Positions 50,598 through 60,361 of a stretch of DNA of 64,000 nt are shown piece by piece (within the stretch, counting starts at the first letter, position 1; every line of letters begins with the position of its first letter). Below the pieces are notes generated by a model. It saw only the letters and a list, made by a program, of their open reading frames with translations, made no database searches and had not been told where the DNA came from. The stretch is from Candidatus Falkowbacteria bacterium (GTDB lineage: Bacteria; Patescibacteriota; Patescibacteriia; UBA11705; JABHMO01). Location: contig JABHAL010000004.1 of the NCBI GenBank assembly GCA_018674305.1, positions 256,446-320,445 of the forward strand, in the 5' to 3' direction. Both the position numbers and the translations under genes were made by a program.

Positions 50598-50960
50598 ATG
50601 CCGACAGGAAGAGAATTAGTTTTTGGTATGGGAATAATGTACGGTATTCCAATATTAATTCTTTTAGCCGTAATTTTTGGTGTTGGATATTGGATTGGTG
50701 GAAACTCAGGTGCTGATTCTGCTCAAGGTTCCCCGGCTGAAGTGACACTGGGGAGTCATGAGCTTGTACAAGCATTTTGTAAATATGATCAAGCTATTAT
50801 TGTAGATGAAGATGGTGAAAACAAGTTTGTCAGTTTGCCAGACGTTTGTCGGTCCAGATGTCCAGAGTCGATTGATTCAACCAAGCCGACCTTTGTAACT
50901 ATTTTTGAAAAAACTGATCAAATTGAATGTGATTGGGTCACGAAACTAAGGACAGAATAA
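50598..50960 (+). CDS. Membrane-anchored hypothetical protein
   Basis: SD ccgaggaggttcattATG; N-terminal TM; terminator 50966-50992. Confidence 0.4.
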   Translation: MPTGRELVFGMGIMYGIPILILLAVIFGVGYWIGGNSGADSAQGSPAEVTLGSHELVQAFCKYDQAIIVDEDGENKFVSLPDVCRSRCPESIDSTKPTFVTIFEKTDQIECDWVTKLRTE

Positions 50961-51050
50961 ATATCATGCTCCGCAATGCGGAGCTTTTTTATCTGACAAT
51001 TTCAGTATAATTATATATAATAAAGAGAGGTGATAACTGAGAGGTGAAAA

Positions 51051-51446
51051 ATGAACTGTCTTGAATTTCGAGCAGTAATTGGAAGAATTGAAGAAATAGC
51101 TCCACGGGGTAAAGATTTCCTTCAATTGCAATTACATGTAAATGGTGAGACTGTGTGTGTTGTTTGCCGACAATTTGCTTTGGCCAGTTTATACCGATTG
51201 AAAGAAGAGGTTGGAGAGGAGTGTCCCGCAGTTGAGCGTCTTAATTTGATCATTTACTATCCGCCGACTTTGATTGATCAATCGATTGAACAACAAAGGG
51301 CTTTTGTGGCTGACAAGTTAGGTGAATTAACACCAGAACAAAGAAGAATCGTTTACAACGAAATTTTAAAAGAAGATTTTAGAGACGGTGATGAACATTT
51401 ACCCTGGCATGACATTGTCAAACGCTTTGTAGCAAAACATACATAG
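51051..51446 (+). CDS. Hypothetical protein
   Basis: SD gagaggtgaaaaATG; followed by two hairpin terminators (51446-51476, 51489-51527). Confidence 0.4.
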   Translation: MNCLEFRAVIGRIEEIAPRGKDFLQLQLHVNGETVCVVCRQFALASLYRLKEEVGEECPAVERLNLIIYYPPTLIDQSIEQQRAFVADKLGELTPEQRRIVYNEILKEDFRDGDEHLPWHDIVKRFVAKHT

Positions 51447-51488
51447 GCTTCGGAACACTTCCGGAGCTTTTTTTGTTTAATAAAAAAT

Positions 51489-51527
51489 AAAGAGGCAATC
51501 TTATTAAGATTGCCTCTTGTGTTTTTC
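51489..51527. terminator. Bidirectional terminator (agaggcaatcttattaagattgcctct)
   Basis: Perfect 11-bp stem; T-runs on both strands. Confidence 0.7.
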
Positions 51528-51530
51528 ACT

Positions 51531-51725
51531 TTAGTTGCTCATTTCGAACAACTCTCGGTCGACCTGTTTGCGAACAGCCTGCTTGCTGTTGCGTCGCACC
51601 AGTCGCCGTGCCAATCGTTTCATGTTCCGCGGGTGACAGCCGTACGGGTTGCAACAGGTGCAACGCCAACCTCCAGGACCCGCTTGCAACTTACCCTTTC
51701 CGAAGTACTCCTTGGCCAAACTCAT
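51531..51725 (-). CDS. Small basic Cys-rich protein (CTCCNPYGCH) in a ~58% GC islet
   Basis: SD gggaagg-N5-ATG; strong compositional contrast; the opposite-strand ORF looks non-coding. Confidence 0.35.
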   Translation of the reverse strand: MSLAKEYFGKGKLQAGPGGWRCTCCNPYGCHPRNMKRLARRLVRRNSKQAVRKQVDRELFEMSN

Positions 51726-51883
51726 TTGCACCTTCCCGGTTATTAAAGCTCTTTATTGAGCTATAATGAAACCGGGGTATGTGCTTCGATGTGTTGAAGT
51801 TCATGTTATCCTCCATGAATTGAATTGAACAAAGAACATAAGATGATATCATACACATTTGGTTTTGTCAAGTATAACTGGTT

Positions 51884-51920
51884 GAATAAAAAACTGCAAC
51901 CCGGGTGGGAGTTGCAGTCT
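51884..51920 (-). terminator. Minus-strand terminator (ctgcaac-ccgggtgggag-gttgcag + T-run) for the lipoprotein gene
   Basis: Read directly. Confidence 0.6.
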
Positions 51921-51946
51921 GTTGTTCTCTAAGGGTTGAGTGCAGA

Positions 51947-52132
51947 CTATTTTTCCATTTCTTTGATTGCAGAACCTATTCCACTTCCTTCTTTTCTGTA
52001 ATCTTCGAGCGTTTTATCGCTGCCGGTTTTCGGAGGTGGCTTCTTCACAACCGGAACGCTGGACGGGTGAGTATGGCCGGTACAGCCAGCGAGAAAACAA
52101 AGGCACATTACGGTAAGTAGCAATCTCTTCAT
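51947..52132 (-). CDS. Small lipoprotein (lipobox LAGC)
   Basis: MKRLLLTVMCLCFLAGC signal/lipobox; SD taggagg; GC-rich. Confidence 0.5.
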   Translation of the reverse strand: MKRLLLTVMCLCFLAGCTGHTHPSSVPVVKKPPPKTGSDKTLEDYRKEGSGIGSAIKEMEK

Positions 52133-52271
52133 CGCAGCCTCCTAATGATCCGTTGGGGGTTAAAGAACAGCTATATATTTTGTTAATTAATTTTGAGGTT
52201 TTTGTCAATAGCTGTAATAGTGATACGGAGGAGACATGTTAAGAAAAAAGTGAAGGCATGACAGCTTTCAC

Positions 52272-52643
52272 TTATTGACTAAAGGTTTTGGAAAAGCCGA
52301 AAATTAGTAAAAGTTGATTTTGTTTAAGCATCTCATTCGGCTGAATATTCGGAGGTAGAGTTATGGAGTTCTGTTGTTTAATGTTTTGCCAGCGAACATA
52401 TTCACCTAAAAAAAGTTTTCTCGTGATTTGTTCCTCTTCAATTGAATAAAGCGTATCTCCAATTTGAGTTTCTACCAGAAAAGTAATGGCGTGAAAATAA
52501 ACTGTTCGAGTTTTGGCTTCGATTTTCCCTAATTTTTTCACTAACGGAAAATATTCAGCTGCTTGAACAGTACCTGAACAAGTAAATAGCAAAATAACAA
52601 TTATAAAGGCAAAAGCTTTAGCAAAACCTTTAAATACTTTCAT
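52272..52643 (-). CDS. Secreted hypothetical protein
   Basis: Signal peptide ...TCSGTVQA; SD gaggagggaaagATG. Confidence 0.45.
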   Translation of the reverse strand: MKVFKGFAKAFAFIIVILLFTCSGTVQAAEYFPLVKKLGKIEAKTRTVYFHAITFLVETQIGDTLYSIEEEQITRKLFLGEYVRWQNIKQQNSITLPPNIQPNEMLKQNQLLLIFGFSKTFSQ

Positions 52644-52812
52644 CTTTCCCTCCTCAATGGATTGACAAGAGTAGGTTAATTAGATGGTAGCTTGACTAAT
52701 TTGAGTTGTCAACAGGTTTGATTTGACAAAGGCTTTGGTCGTGATAAAGTAGGTGTAAGAATTTGAGCAGCTTCTGATCGATCCCATGCTTGTCGTGTGT
52801 GAAGTTCTTCGC

Positions 52813-53955
52813 TTAAGATTTAGCGGAGAACTTTTTTATTTCCTGCAAATAATCTTGAGCAGTTTGATACCAGTGAATATCCTTTGATTTTTGTAAACCT
52901 GCGGCTATATATTGTTTGGCTAGCTTTGAATTAGTCATTTGCTTCATGGCACTGTAGAGATCGTTTGTGTCAGTTGGATTAATTAAAAGGGCAGCTTGTT
53001 GGCAAATTTCTGACATGGATGAATTGTTTGAGGTAATGACGGGACAGCCACAGGCCATTGCTTCAATTGGGGGAAATCCAAACCCCTCATAAAATGAAGG
53101 ATACACAAACATAGAAGCTAAATTGTAAAAATATCGTTTCTCAGAATCTTTGATGTATTTAGTGAAGATAATATTTTTTGACTGTTGTTTGATGATTTTT
53201 TTATAATGCCAACCTGGTTTACCGGCGATTACTAAACTATATTCAGGATGTTCCTGATGAAATAAGTTAAAAGCCTTAATTAGTGAAGTGAGGTTTTTTC
53301 TTGGCTCAATCGTGCCGAGAAACAAAATGAATTTCTCTGGTAGTTTGTATTTATTTTTTATTTTTTTAAATTTAGGATCTTTCGGATTTAAAATTCTATA
53401 ATTCTGAGAAATGCCGGAGTATATAGTTTGAATTTTCTTTGGAGCAATTTTGTAAATGTCGATTAAATCTTGCTTGGTGTTTTTTGAAACAGAAATAACT
53501 TGATCTGCTTGCTGAAAAAGTTTATTAGGATTTACAAACCAATGCCATAGTTTACGTTTGAAAGATAGAAATTCAGGAAAAATTTCAAAACTGAGATCAT
53601 GAGCGGTGATAATGTAGGGACAGTTTGTTTTGAAAAATGAAATATTAGGAAATAAGAATAAATCGATTTTCGAAGATTTGTATTTGTGAATAATTATTTG
53701 ATCAAGTTTTGGGTGAGAAAATATCTTTAACGTTAAGTTGAGTACCTTGTTGGACATTTTGAACTCACAATAATGTACATTGTCTTTGGGAAACTTAGGA
53801 ATATATTTGTTAACCTTTTGTCTGGAATTATAAAAAAGATAGTACTGGTTGGTACTATCTACTTCAAATAAATGTTTTAGGAGATAAAAAGTGTATTCGC
53901 CAACGCCAGTCAGTTCGCGTTCCATTAAGCAACGGATGTCGATACCTATATTCAT
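52813..53955 (-). CDS. Glycosyltransferase family 4
   Basis: EGFGFPPIEAMACGCPVITSNNSSMSE. Confidence 0.85.
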   Translation of the reverse strand: MNIGIDIRCLMERELTGVGEYTFYLLKHLFEVDSTNQYYLFYNSRQKVNKYIPKFPKDNVHYCEFKMSNKVLNLTLKIFSHPKLDQIIIHKYKSSKIDLFLFPNISFFKTNCPYIITAHDLSFEIFPEFLSFKRKLWHWFVNPNKLFQQADQVISVSKNTKQDLIDIYKIAPKKIQTIYSGISQNYRILNPKDPKFKKIKNKYKLPEKFILFLGTIEPRKNLTSLIKAFNLFHQEHPEYSLVIAGKPGWHYKKIIKQQSKNIIFTKYIKDSEKRYFYNLASMFVYPSFYEGFGFPPIEAMACGCPVITSNNSSMSEICQQAALLINPTDTNDLYSAMKQMTNSKLAKQYIAAGLQKSKDIHWYQTAQDYLQEIKKFSAKS

Positions 53956-54074
53956 AAACTCTAAATTCTAATAAATAAACTCTAAACAATTTTTCAAATA
54001 CAAATTTATAAATATCAAAACGTTAATTTGGGTTTTAAATTTTTAATAATTATAATTTGTTCAGGATTTAGAAA

Positions 54075-55169
54075 TTAGGGATTGGGATTTAATTTGTTGA
54101 CTATAAATTCTTTTATTTTTTGTTTAAAAATATTTACATCAAACTGTAAAGCATGTTCTCTAATTGTTTGAGGATTGTAATCTTCAATCTTAAAGCTTAA
54201 AACTTTATCGGCAAGATCTTCCCAGATTTGTTCCTCGAAAAGAGTACCTGTCTTGCCTTCGATTACAGTTTCTGTTGCTCCGCCTGCTCGATAGGCAATT
54301 ACTGGGCGACCACTGGCCATGGCTTCGACAGCAGTGATACCAAAATCTTCAAGTTGTGGATTAAGGAAGGCTTTGCATTTGCTATAAAGAGCAATCTTTT
54401 TTTGTTCCGGCACCTTACCCAAGAATTCAATATTGTTTTTAGCTATTTTTTTTAAATTTTTCAATTGTGGACCATCACCAAATATTTTCAGAGGTAGATT
54501 TAATCGGTTAAAAGCTTGAACAATAAGATCAAACCGTTTATAGCCGACCAGACGACCACCAGCTAGAAAATAATCTTCGACTTTATCAGTAACCTTGAAT
54601 TTGTGAGTGTCCACTGGTGGATAAATTACAGTACTTTCCTTGTTGTAGTATTTTTTTATTCGTTTTTGAACTTCTTTTGAGTTGGCGATAAAGTGATCGA
54701 CTCGGTCAGCTGCGATTTTGTCCCACTGGCGAAGTTTAGTTAACGATATTGGTAACATCTTTTTGATTAAAAAATTCTGATTCAAATCTTTCAGATAGCC
54801 GTGAGTATTAGTCCACAAGAATCGTGGTGGAGTATGACAATAGCAGATGTGTGTTGAGGTTGGTCCAGGTATTACGCCCTTTGAAAAGATTGAAGAGCTG
54901 GATAATATCAACTTGTATTTTGTAACTGGATGGTGCTCAGTTGCAGCTGGCATAAAATTCAAATACCATTGGTACTTGGAAACACCAAAAGGAAAGTTTT
55001 GTAAAAATGAAGTATGTATCTTTTTTTTGGCAAAATCCTGGGCAACATTTTTCTTATCATAAACCAGCGTGTACATTGAGCTTTTAGGAAAAATATCCAT
55101 AAAGGCTTTGGCTACACGCTCAGCGCCTCCGTCCTGCGTTAGGTGGTCATGAACTAGAGCTACATTCAT
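54075..55169 (-). CDS. Glycosyltransferase family 4
   Basis: FGITAVEAMASGRPVIAYRAGGATETV. Confidence 0.85.
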   Translation of the reverse strand: MNVALVHDHLTQDGGAERVAKAFMDIFPKSSMYTLVYDKKNVAQDFAKKKIHTSFLQNFPFGVSKYQWYLNFMPAATEHHPVTKYKLILSSSSIFSKGVIPGPTSTHICYCHTPPRFLWTNTHGYLKDLNQNFLIKKMLPISLTKLRQWDKIAADRVDHFIANSKEVQKRIKKYYNKESTVIYPPVDTHKFKVTDKVEDYFLAGGRLVGYKRFDLIVQAFNRLNLPLKIFGDGPQLKNLKKIAKNNIEFLGKVPEQKKIALYSKCKAFLNPQLEDFGITAVEAMASGRPVIAYRAGGATETVIEGKTGTLFEEQIWEDLADKVLSFKIEDYNPQTIREHALQFDVNIFKQKIKEFIVNKLNPNP

Positions 55170-55395
55170 ATTTACTGAAACATTAAAATATTAAAGCATA
55201 AAAGCATTTACAGTAGATGTTTTCATACTCCAGTGTTCTCTTATTTTCTTGTGTAAGTATCTTAGCAAAATATGTGAAAAAAACCAAGAGTAAACAAAAA
55301 AACTCATTACTGGCATGCTGAACTTGTCCGCCTCGTCCGACTGACGTCGAACAGTCGAGACGGGTTTCAGTATCTAGTAAGGAGTTTGGTTATAG

Positions 55396-56829
55396 TTAAA
55401 CTCGTGATTTTCTTATGAGTACAACAAAGGGTGTCTTTAGCATTACCCAGAAATCAAGTTTTAGTGACCAGTTTTCTATATAGTAGGTGTCAATTTTAAC
55501 TTCTTCGTCAAAGTCCAAATCGCTACGACCAGAAATTTGCGCTACCCCAGTAATGCCTGGTTTAATATCCAAAACTCGTTTGTGATGTTTTTTGTATTTA
55601 GCAACCTCTCTTGGTTGATGTGGTCGTGGTCCAACTAAACTCATGTTTCCAATCCAGACGTTAAATAATTGAGGCAGTTCATCGAGTGAAGACTTTTCCA
55701 TGAACCTACCAATTTTAGTTCGACGTGGATCTTTCAGGATTTTGTAAACTGGCCCATGTCTTTCAGATTGTTTTTCTGCTAGTTTCTTTTCATATTCCAA
55801 GACTTCTTTTTGATTAGTGTATTTTTCAAATTGCTTGCCAGTACAGTACTTGGTGTACATTGATCTGAATTTAAAAACATTGAAAGTTCCTTTGCTATGA
55901 ACACGTTCATTTTTGTAAATTGCTGGACCATTATCTTCTAATCTAATAATAATAGTTAGAAGTATCATTATAGGGCTAAATACAATAATTAGAAAAGTAC
56001 TTAGAATAAAATCTATTAACCTTTTTATAATTTTCCCCCAGCCATCTAGTTTAGTTTTTCGAATTTCAATTAGTGGTACACCCGCAATCATGTGTACTTC
56101 TACGTTGGTTGTTCGTGCTTCGAATTGACCAGCTGCATATTTAAAAATAATGTTATGTTCTGCACAAAAATCTGCTAGATCGATTGAAACCTTTCGGGAT
56201 AAACTCGAATCGGTTTGAACGATTTCATCAATACCTTTTCGCTTTAGTAGCTTGAGCAGATCTTCCTTGTCATTGGGGTCAAATTCTTGAATCCTGGCAA
56301 TTATTTTATAGCCCAATTCAGGTTGTCCCTTGAAGGTATCAATAATTTCTTCTGTGTTTTTGTTTTTTCCAACAATAACAATATTATGGACACCCCAGCC
56401 AGACTTTAGAGTATGGCGATGAATTTTTCGTACAATCACACGAACAAGCATTATTAGAAAAATACTTAACACCCAGGCTGTCAGGACAATGAATCGGGAG
56501 GAGAAATATTCGCGAACAAAAAACATGTAAATAATGATGGCAGTCATGCCAGTGGAACAGGCCAAGACAATTTTAGCTAACTCGTCAGTTACTTTGCGAC
56601 GGTGGAATGAATATAAGCCAGCCGCTGCAAAGAATAATAGCCAGACTGCTGAAACAGATAAAACAAAAATAAAATACCGCTCAAACGGTAAGTCAAAAAT
56701 TACAGGTCTGATTTCCTGAACAGACTCTTCGTAACGAATTACATAAGCCAAGAGCCCAGCTGCCACCAAGGTTATGTAATCAATTGGAATTTTTAGAAAG
56801 GTGAAAAATAATTCAGCATTCTTTTTCAT
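55396..56829 (-). CDS. Polyprenyl-phosphate sugar phosphotransferase (WbaP/WcaJ-like bacterial sugar transferase)
   Basis: N-terminal TM helices plus C-terminal sugar transferase domain (PGITGVAQISGRSDLDFDEEVKIDTYYIENWSL). Confidence 0.85.
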   Translation of the reverse strand: MKKNAELFFTFLKIPIDYITLVAAGLLAYVIRYEESVQEIRPVIFDLPFERYFIFVLSVSAVWLLFFAAAGLYSFHRRKVTDELAKIVLACSTGMTAIIIYMFFVREYFSSRFIVLTAWVLSIFLIMLVRVIVRKIHRHTLKSGWGVHNIVIVGKNKNTEEIIDTFKGQPELGYKIIARIQEFDPNDKEDLLKLLKRKGIDEIVQTDSSLSRKVSIDLADFCAEHNIIFKYAAGQFEARTTNVEVHMIAGVPLIEIRKTKLDGWGKIIKRLIDFILSTFLIIVFSPIMILLTIIIRLEDNGPAIYKNERVHSKGTFNVFKFRSMYTKYCTGKQFEKYTNQKEVLEYEKKLAEKQSERHGPVYKILKDPRRTKIGRFMEKSSLDELPQLFNVWIGNMSLVGPRPHQPREVAKYKKHHKRVLDIKPGITGVAQISGRSDLDFDEEVKIDTYYIENWSLKLDFWVMLKTPFVVLIRKSRV

Positions 56830-56955
56830 ATGATAATAAGATAAAGAAGGCTATAGAAGATCAGTTAGATTTAACTAGCCAAAAGTATTTTGCTTTTGTT
56901 ATCTTCTTCATCCCCTTGCTCTTTTTAATCTTCTTCTAGTGTATCAAATAAAAGA

Positions 56956-57412
56956 GCCATAAACAAGCGAGTAAGCCGGATTCTGTTTTAGCTGTCATCT
57001 ATCTGGGCCAAAGATTACTCTTTGGCTCACGCGGGCTACCAAAACTTGCCCTTGCACTCAGGTAAGGATTTAGCCGTTTCACCCTTGATGTTTCCATCAA
57101 GACTAACCCCGAAGGGTTCCGGGAAATCACTTTCCACGGCGTCCCGATGTTGCTTTCGCAATTCGGGACACCTTGACTCTTGCGAGTCTCGGCGTCTCTG
57201 CTCGCACCTCTATCTCACGATCGACAGGAATTACCTGTTACCCGTGTCAATTAAATAACCGAGTGTCCGGACTTTCCTCCCTTCTTCGCTCTTCACTCCG
57301 TTCAGAGCTACGTAGGGCAAGCCAGTCTCATAAGTTGATTAGGACTAGCCTGCCCTTCGAAGCTCTCGCGAAGCAGAGGGCGAAGAAGGGCGACAGTTCT
57401 GCTTGTTTATGG
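56956..57412 (-). ncRNA. rnpB: RNase P RNA (bacterial type). The 13-bp P1 helix GCCAUAAACAAGC / GCUUGUUUAUGGC defines the ends within about 10 nt
   Basis: Minus-strand P4 signature GGGAGGAAAGUCCGGAC (rc of 57265-57281), 3' P4 strand ACAGAAUCCGGCUUAC (rc of ~56970-56985) and AAGGGUGAAACGG. GC-rich block with no credible ORF; a TTGACA-N17-TATATT promoter starts transcription at the P1 5' end. Confidence 0.75.
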
Positions 57413-57418
57413 CTACAT

Positions 57419-57452
57419 AAAATATAGCAAATTTTATTGAGTTTGTCAAGTT
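57419..57452 (-). promoter_or_regulatory. rnpB promoter TTGACA-N17-TATATT (minus strand)
   Basis: Read directly; the -10 lies ~7 nt upstream of the P1 5' strand. Confidence 0.55.
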
Positions 57453-57504
57453 TTTTGTCTAAATTTATTGCTAATTTAGGTAAAATATATTAATGTTTTT
57501 TTTA

Positions 57505-57533
57505 TTGACAAAATGTATTTATTTTGTTAATAT
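57505..57533 (+). promoter_or_regulatory. Promoter TTGACA-N17-TAATAT for the 57566 operon
   Basis: Read directly. Confidence 0.5.
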
Positions 57534-57565
57534 GAAATATCTTTGCTCATTGACAGGAGGCAGTT

Positions 57566-57985
57566 ATGACTCAGGTTAAAATCACCAGAGGCCCATTATT
57601 TCCCGAAGATTCGTTCGGCATGGTTGTCAATTGGTATAGATTAAAAATCAACCGAGTGGAAGAAATTTGTCGGGGTACTGTTTATGATCAATCATTTGCT
57701 AAAATCATAGAACATTTGAAATATTTGCATGATAATCCACCTGCAAGAGCAACTTATTTTGCAGGGATGACAGCTTCAGGTTTGATTTTTCAGGATGTTC
57801 AAATTGACTGGAAAGCTAGCCGTATTGTTAAACGTAACGGTCAGGATGTCGCTTTGCTAAAGACTAAGGGTTTGACTGATCGTATTCTTGTTTGGGCTGG
57901 GAAAAGCGTATTAGCACAAGGTTTTGAGATTACAGAAAGTGAATTTAGAATAGTTGTTTGTTTAATTGTTGCAGTGGAGGTTTAA
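57566..57985 (+). CDS. Hypothetical protein
   Basis: SD gacaggaggcagttATG; stop overlaps the next start (TAAATG). Confidence 0.4.
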   Translation: MTQVKITRGPLFPEDSFGMVVNWYRLKINRVEEICRGTVYDQSFAKIIEHLKYLHDNPPARATYFAGMTASGLIFQDVQIDWKASRIVKRNGQDVALLKTKGLTDRILVWAGKSVLAQGFEITESEFRIVVCLIVAVEV

Positions 57986-58402
57986 ATGCCAAGAGAAAGT
58001 TCTATTACTCAGGAAATGACGAGATTTTTGAAACAGGCAGGTTTGCCAATTTCAATTCAAGAACTGTTTAACACGGTTTTGGCTTACAAAGGTACACCGA
58101 ATAAAGATGGTGATGATGAGGAAGTTGAATATGGATTTGCAATTGTAAAAGACTTTGAGTTCAAGACACAAGATGGTGTTTTGCAAATCATCTTGTGGTG
58201 TTGTGATCCAGATGAAATGGCGTCTGGAGTTGAGCCAGATGAAGACGGAGAAAGAACCTATACTGAATTTGTTTACAATTATGAATTTGATGATGAAGGG
58301 ACGTGGTATTGTGAAGAAGAAAATTGGGATGTGTTGCTGGAAGTAACTCGCTTGTTTGATCCTGCCAAAAGAAAACGGGCAAGGCCCGAGCCGGCGTCTT
58401 AA
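57986..58402 (+). CDS. Acidic hypothetical protein, translationally coupled to the 57566 gene
   Basis: ORF; terminator at 58414-58446. Confidence 0.4.
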   Translation: MPRESSITQEMTRFLKQAGLPISIQELFNTVLAYKGTPNKDGDDEEVEYGFAIVKDFEFKTQDGVLQIILWCCDPDEMASGVEPDEDGERTYTEFVYNYEFDDEGTWYCEEENWDVLLEVTRLFDPAKRKRARPEPAS

Positions 58403-58413
58403 TAAACCAATCA

Positions 58414-58446
58414 AAAAAGTCCGATCAGAGATCGGACTTTTTTTAA
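58414..58446. terminator. Terminator (aagtccgatc-agag-atcggactt + T-run)
   Basis: Perfect stem. Confidence 0.7.
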
Positions 58447-58937
58447 TTATTCCGGTCATGATGCCAACGTTCAGGATTTGTTCGGATATACCAACGGGAA
58501 TGGTCTAATTCGGATTGATTACGCAAAACGCGGTCGTAATATGATTTTTGCCAACGGAATTCCGATAAACCATTTTGATGAATAAATTTTGATGATGTGG
58601 TTTTGAATGCGCCGATGATTCCGGGGATGGGTTTTGTTTTTCGTGGTAGGGACCGGTCGCGACCGGTCCCTACATCATCGACGATACGAATAATCACATG
58701 AACGTGATTCGGCATAATAATCCATTCATCCAAATTTACATGTTCGTATTGTTTTGTTAACCAAAATAATTGTTGACGTGTAATTACCCCCGATTCATTC
58801 AACACCATTTTATCATTTACGACATTCCCAAACCATTCAATCCGATTATTTGTGCAAATTGTTAAATAATAAAAACCCGCCAATGAATAGTCAATGAATT
58901 TTGCCCGGTTTAATTTTCGATCTGGTCCTGTATACAT
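58443..58937 (-). mobile_element. Second HuH-Y1 (IS200/RAYT-like) transposase, 164 aa, with a perfect 28-bp GC-rich palindrome (58646-58673) embedded in-frame
   Basis: HuH NHVHVII and Tyr motif WYIRTNP; the palindrome gtagggaccggtcgcgaccggtccctac encodes ..VGTGRDRSLP.. Confidence 0.6.
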
Positions 58938-59007
58938 ATATTGCTATTGTTACAGGTATAATATTAATCCCCAAGTAAAATGTTGTCCACGTTCGTCAAG
59001 AGTTTGA

Positions 59008-59045
59008 AAAACAAAAAATCCTCCTTGGTGTTTGGAGGATTTTCT
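59008..59045 (-). terminator. Terminator for trpS (atcctcc-ttggtgtttgg-aggat + T-run on the minus strand)
   Basis: Read directly. Confidence 0.55.
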
Positions 59046-59065
59046 TGACGAGTATATTTGACAGT

Positions 59066-60043
59066 TTACAATCCAATAACTTTCCTAACCTGTTCCATTT
59101 TCTTTTCAGCTAATTTCTTCGCTCGCTGGGCACCATCTGCTAATATAGAATCAATTTCTTTGTCCGAAATAGAATTAAATTTTTTCTGAATTGGTTCAAC
59201 AAACTCAACTACTCTTTCCGCCAATTCAGATTTGAAATCGCCATAACCTTTACCCTTGAATTCCTTTTCAATTTCAGGGGCCTCTTTGCCAGTGACTAAA
59301 TGATAAATGGTCATTAAATTGGCAAGAGCTGGACGTTTATTGGGATCGAATTTGATATCTGTACCAGAATCAGTTACAGCTTTTTTTATTTTTTTGCGAA
59401 TCAGGTCAGAGTCATCACTCAAGGCAATGTAATTATTTTCAGAAGTTGCTGATTTGCTCATCTTTTTTTCTGGATTATCTAAACCTTTAAGTCGTGCAGA
59501 AACCTTATTGATTTTTCCTTCTGGTAAAATAAATACGTCACCATAAAGATTGTTGAATTTTTTGGCAATTGTTCGTGCCAGTTCTACGTGTTGTAATTGA
59601 TCTTCACCAACTGGAACCACGTTCGTATCGTAAAGTAGAATGTCGGCTGCCATTAGACATGGATAGGTGAATAAGCCGGAATTTACATTTTGTTTGTGCT
59701 GTTCGGATTTGTCTTTGTATTGTGTCATGCGTTCCAATTCCGCAATTGGGGTTACGCAATTCAAAAACCAACCTAGTTCAACATGCTCCTTTACATCTGA
59801 CTGTCTGAATACAATATTTTTTTTGGGATCCAGGCCGGAAGCAATGTAAATTTTTGCCAAGTCGTAAATATTTCTATTTAATTTTTTTGGATCTTGATGA
59901 ACTGTTAGCGCATGCAGATCTACAATTGAGAAAATAGAGTCATATTCCTTTTGTAATTCTAGCCAATTATAAATAGCCCCGAAATAATTTCCTAGGTGAA
60001 TAATACCTGTTGGTTGGATACCGCTGAAGATTCGTTTAGACAT
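59066..60043 (-). CDS. trpS: Tryptophanyl-tRNA synthetase
   Basis: N-terminal GIQPTGIIHLGNYFGA (HIGH-like) and KMSKS. Confidence 0.9.
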   Translation of the reverse strand: MSKRIFSGIQPTGIIHLGNYFGAIYNWLELQKEYDSIFSIVDLHALTVHQDPKKLNRNIYDLAKIYIASGLDPKKNIVFRQSDVKEHVELGWFLNCVTPIAELERMTQYKDKSEQHKQNVNSGLFTYPCLMAADILLYDTNVVPVGEDQLQHVELARTIAKKFNNLYGDVFILPEGKINKVSARLKGLDNPEKKMSKSATSENNYIALSDDSDLIRKKIKKAVTDSGTDIKFDPNKRPALANLMTIYHLVTGKEAPEIEKEFKGKGYGDFKSELAERVVEFVEPIQKKFNSISDKEIDSILADGAQRAKKLAEKKMEQVRKVIGL

Positions 60044-60176
60044 AAGTGAGTACTGATTATACTGATATACTGATAAATCATGTAGATCAGCATTAAATGA
60101 CGTAAATCATGTATTGATTATATGCTATATAAAAACTTTACTACAATTTGTATTATAGCAAAACTCATGATTTAAA

Positions 60177-60218
60177 TCAAAAACCCCACCTCGGTAAAAC
60201 CTGGGTGGGGGTTTTTTA
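60177..60218. terminator. Terminator downstream of rnj (aaccccacc...ggtgggggtt + T-run)
   Basis: Read directly. Confidence 0.65.
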
Positions 60219-60361
60219 TTTGAATTTTCAATTATTCAATTACCAATTTACAATAAATTTTCAGTTACAGAATTTTCAATTGTCTATCCGTTGAGTTTGA
60301 AAATTGAAAATTGGTGATTTAATGAAAATTGTAAAATTGTAAATCGTAAATTTTTTCGAGT

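Noticed and set aside
51510-51746. Plus-strand 78-aa ORF overlapping the minus-strand Cys-rich small gene
   Set aside because: No SD; the minus-strand frame has an SD and a plausible basic/Cys-rich product. The coding status of both is still uncertain.
57022-57427. Plus-strand ORFs 57022-57258 and 57173-57427
   Set aside because: They overlap the RNase P RNA signatures on the opposite strand, and the translations look random.
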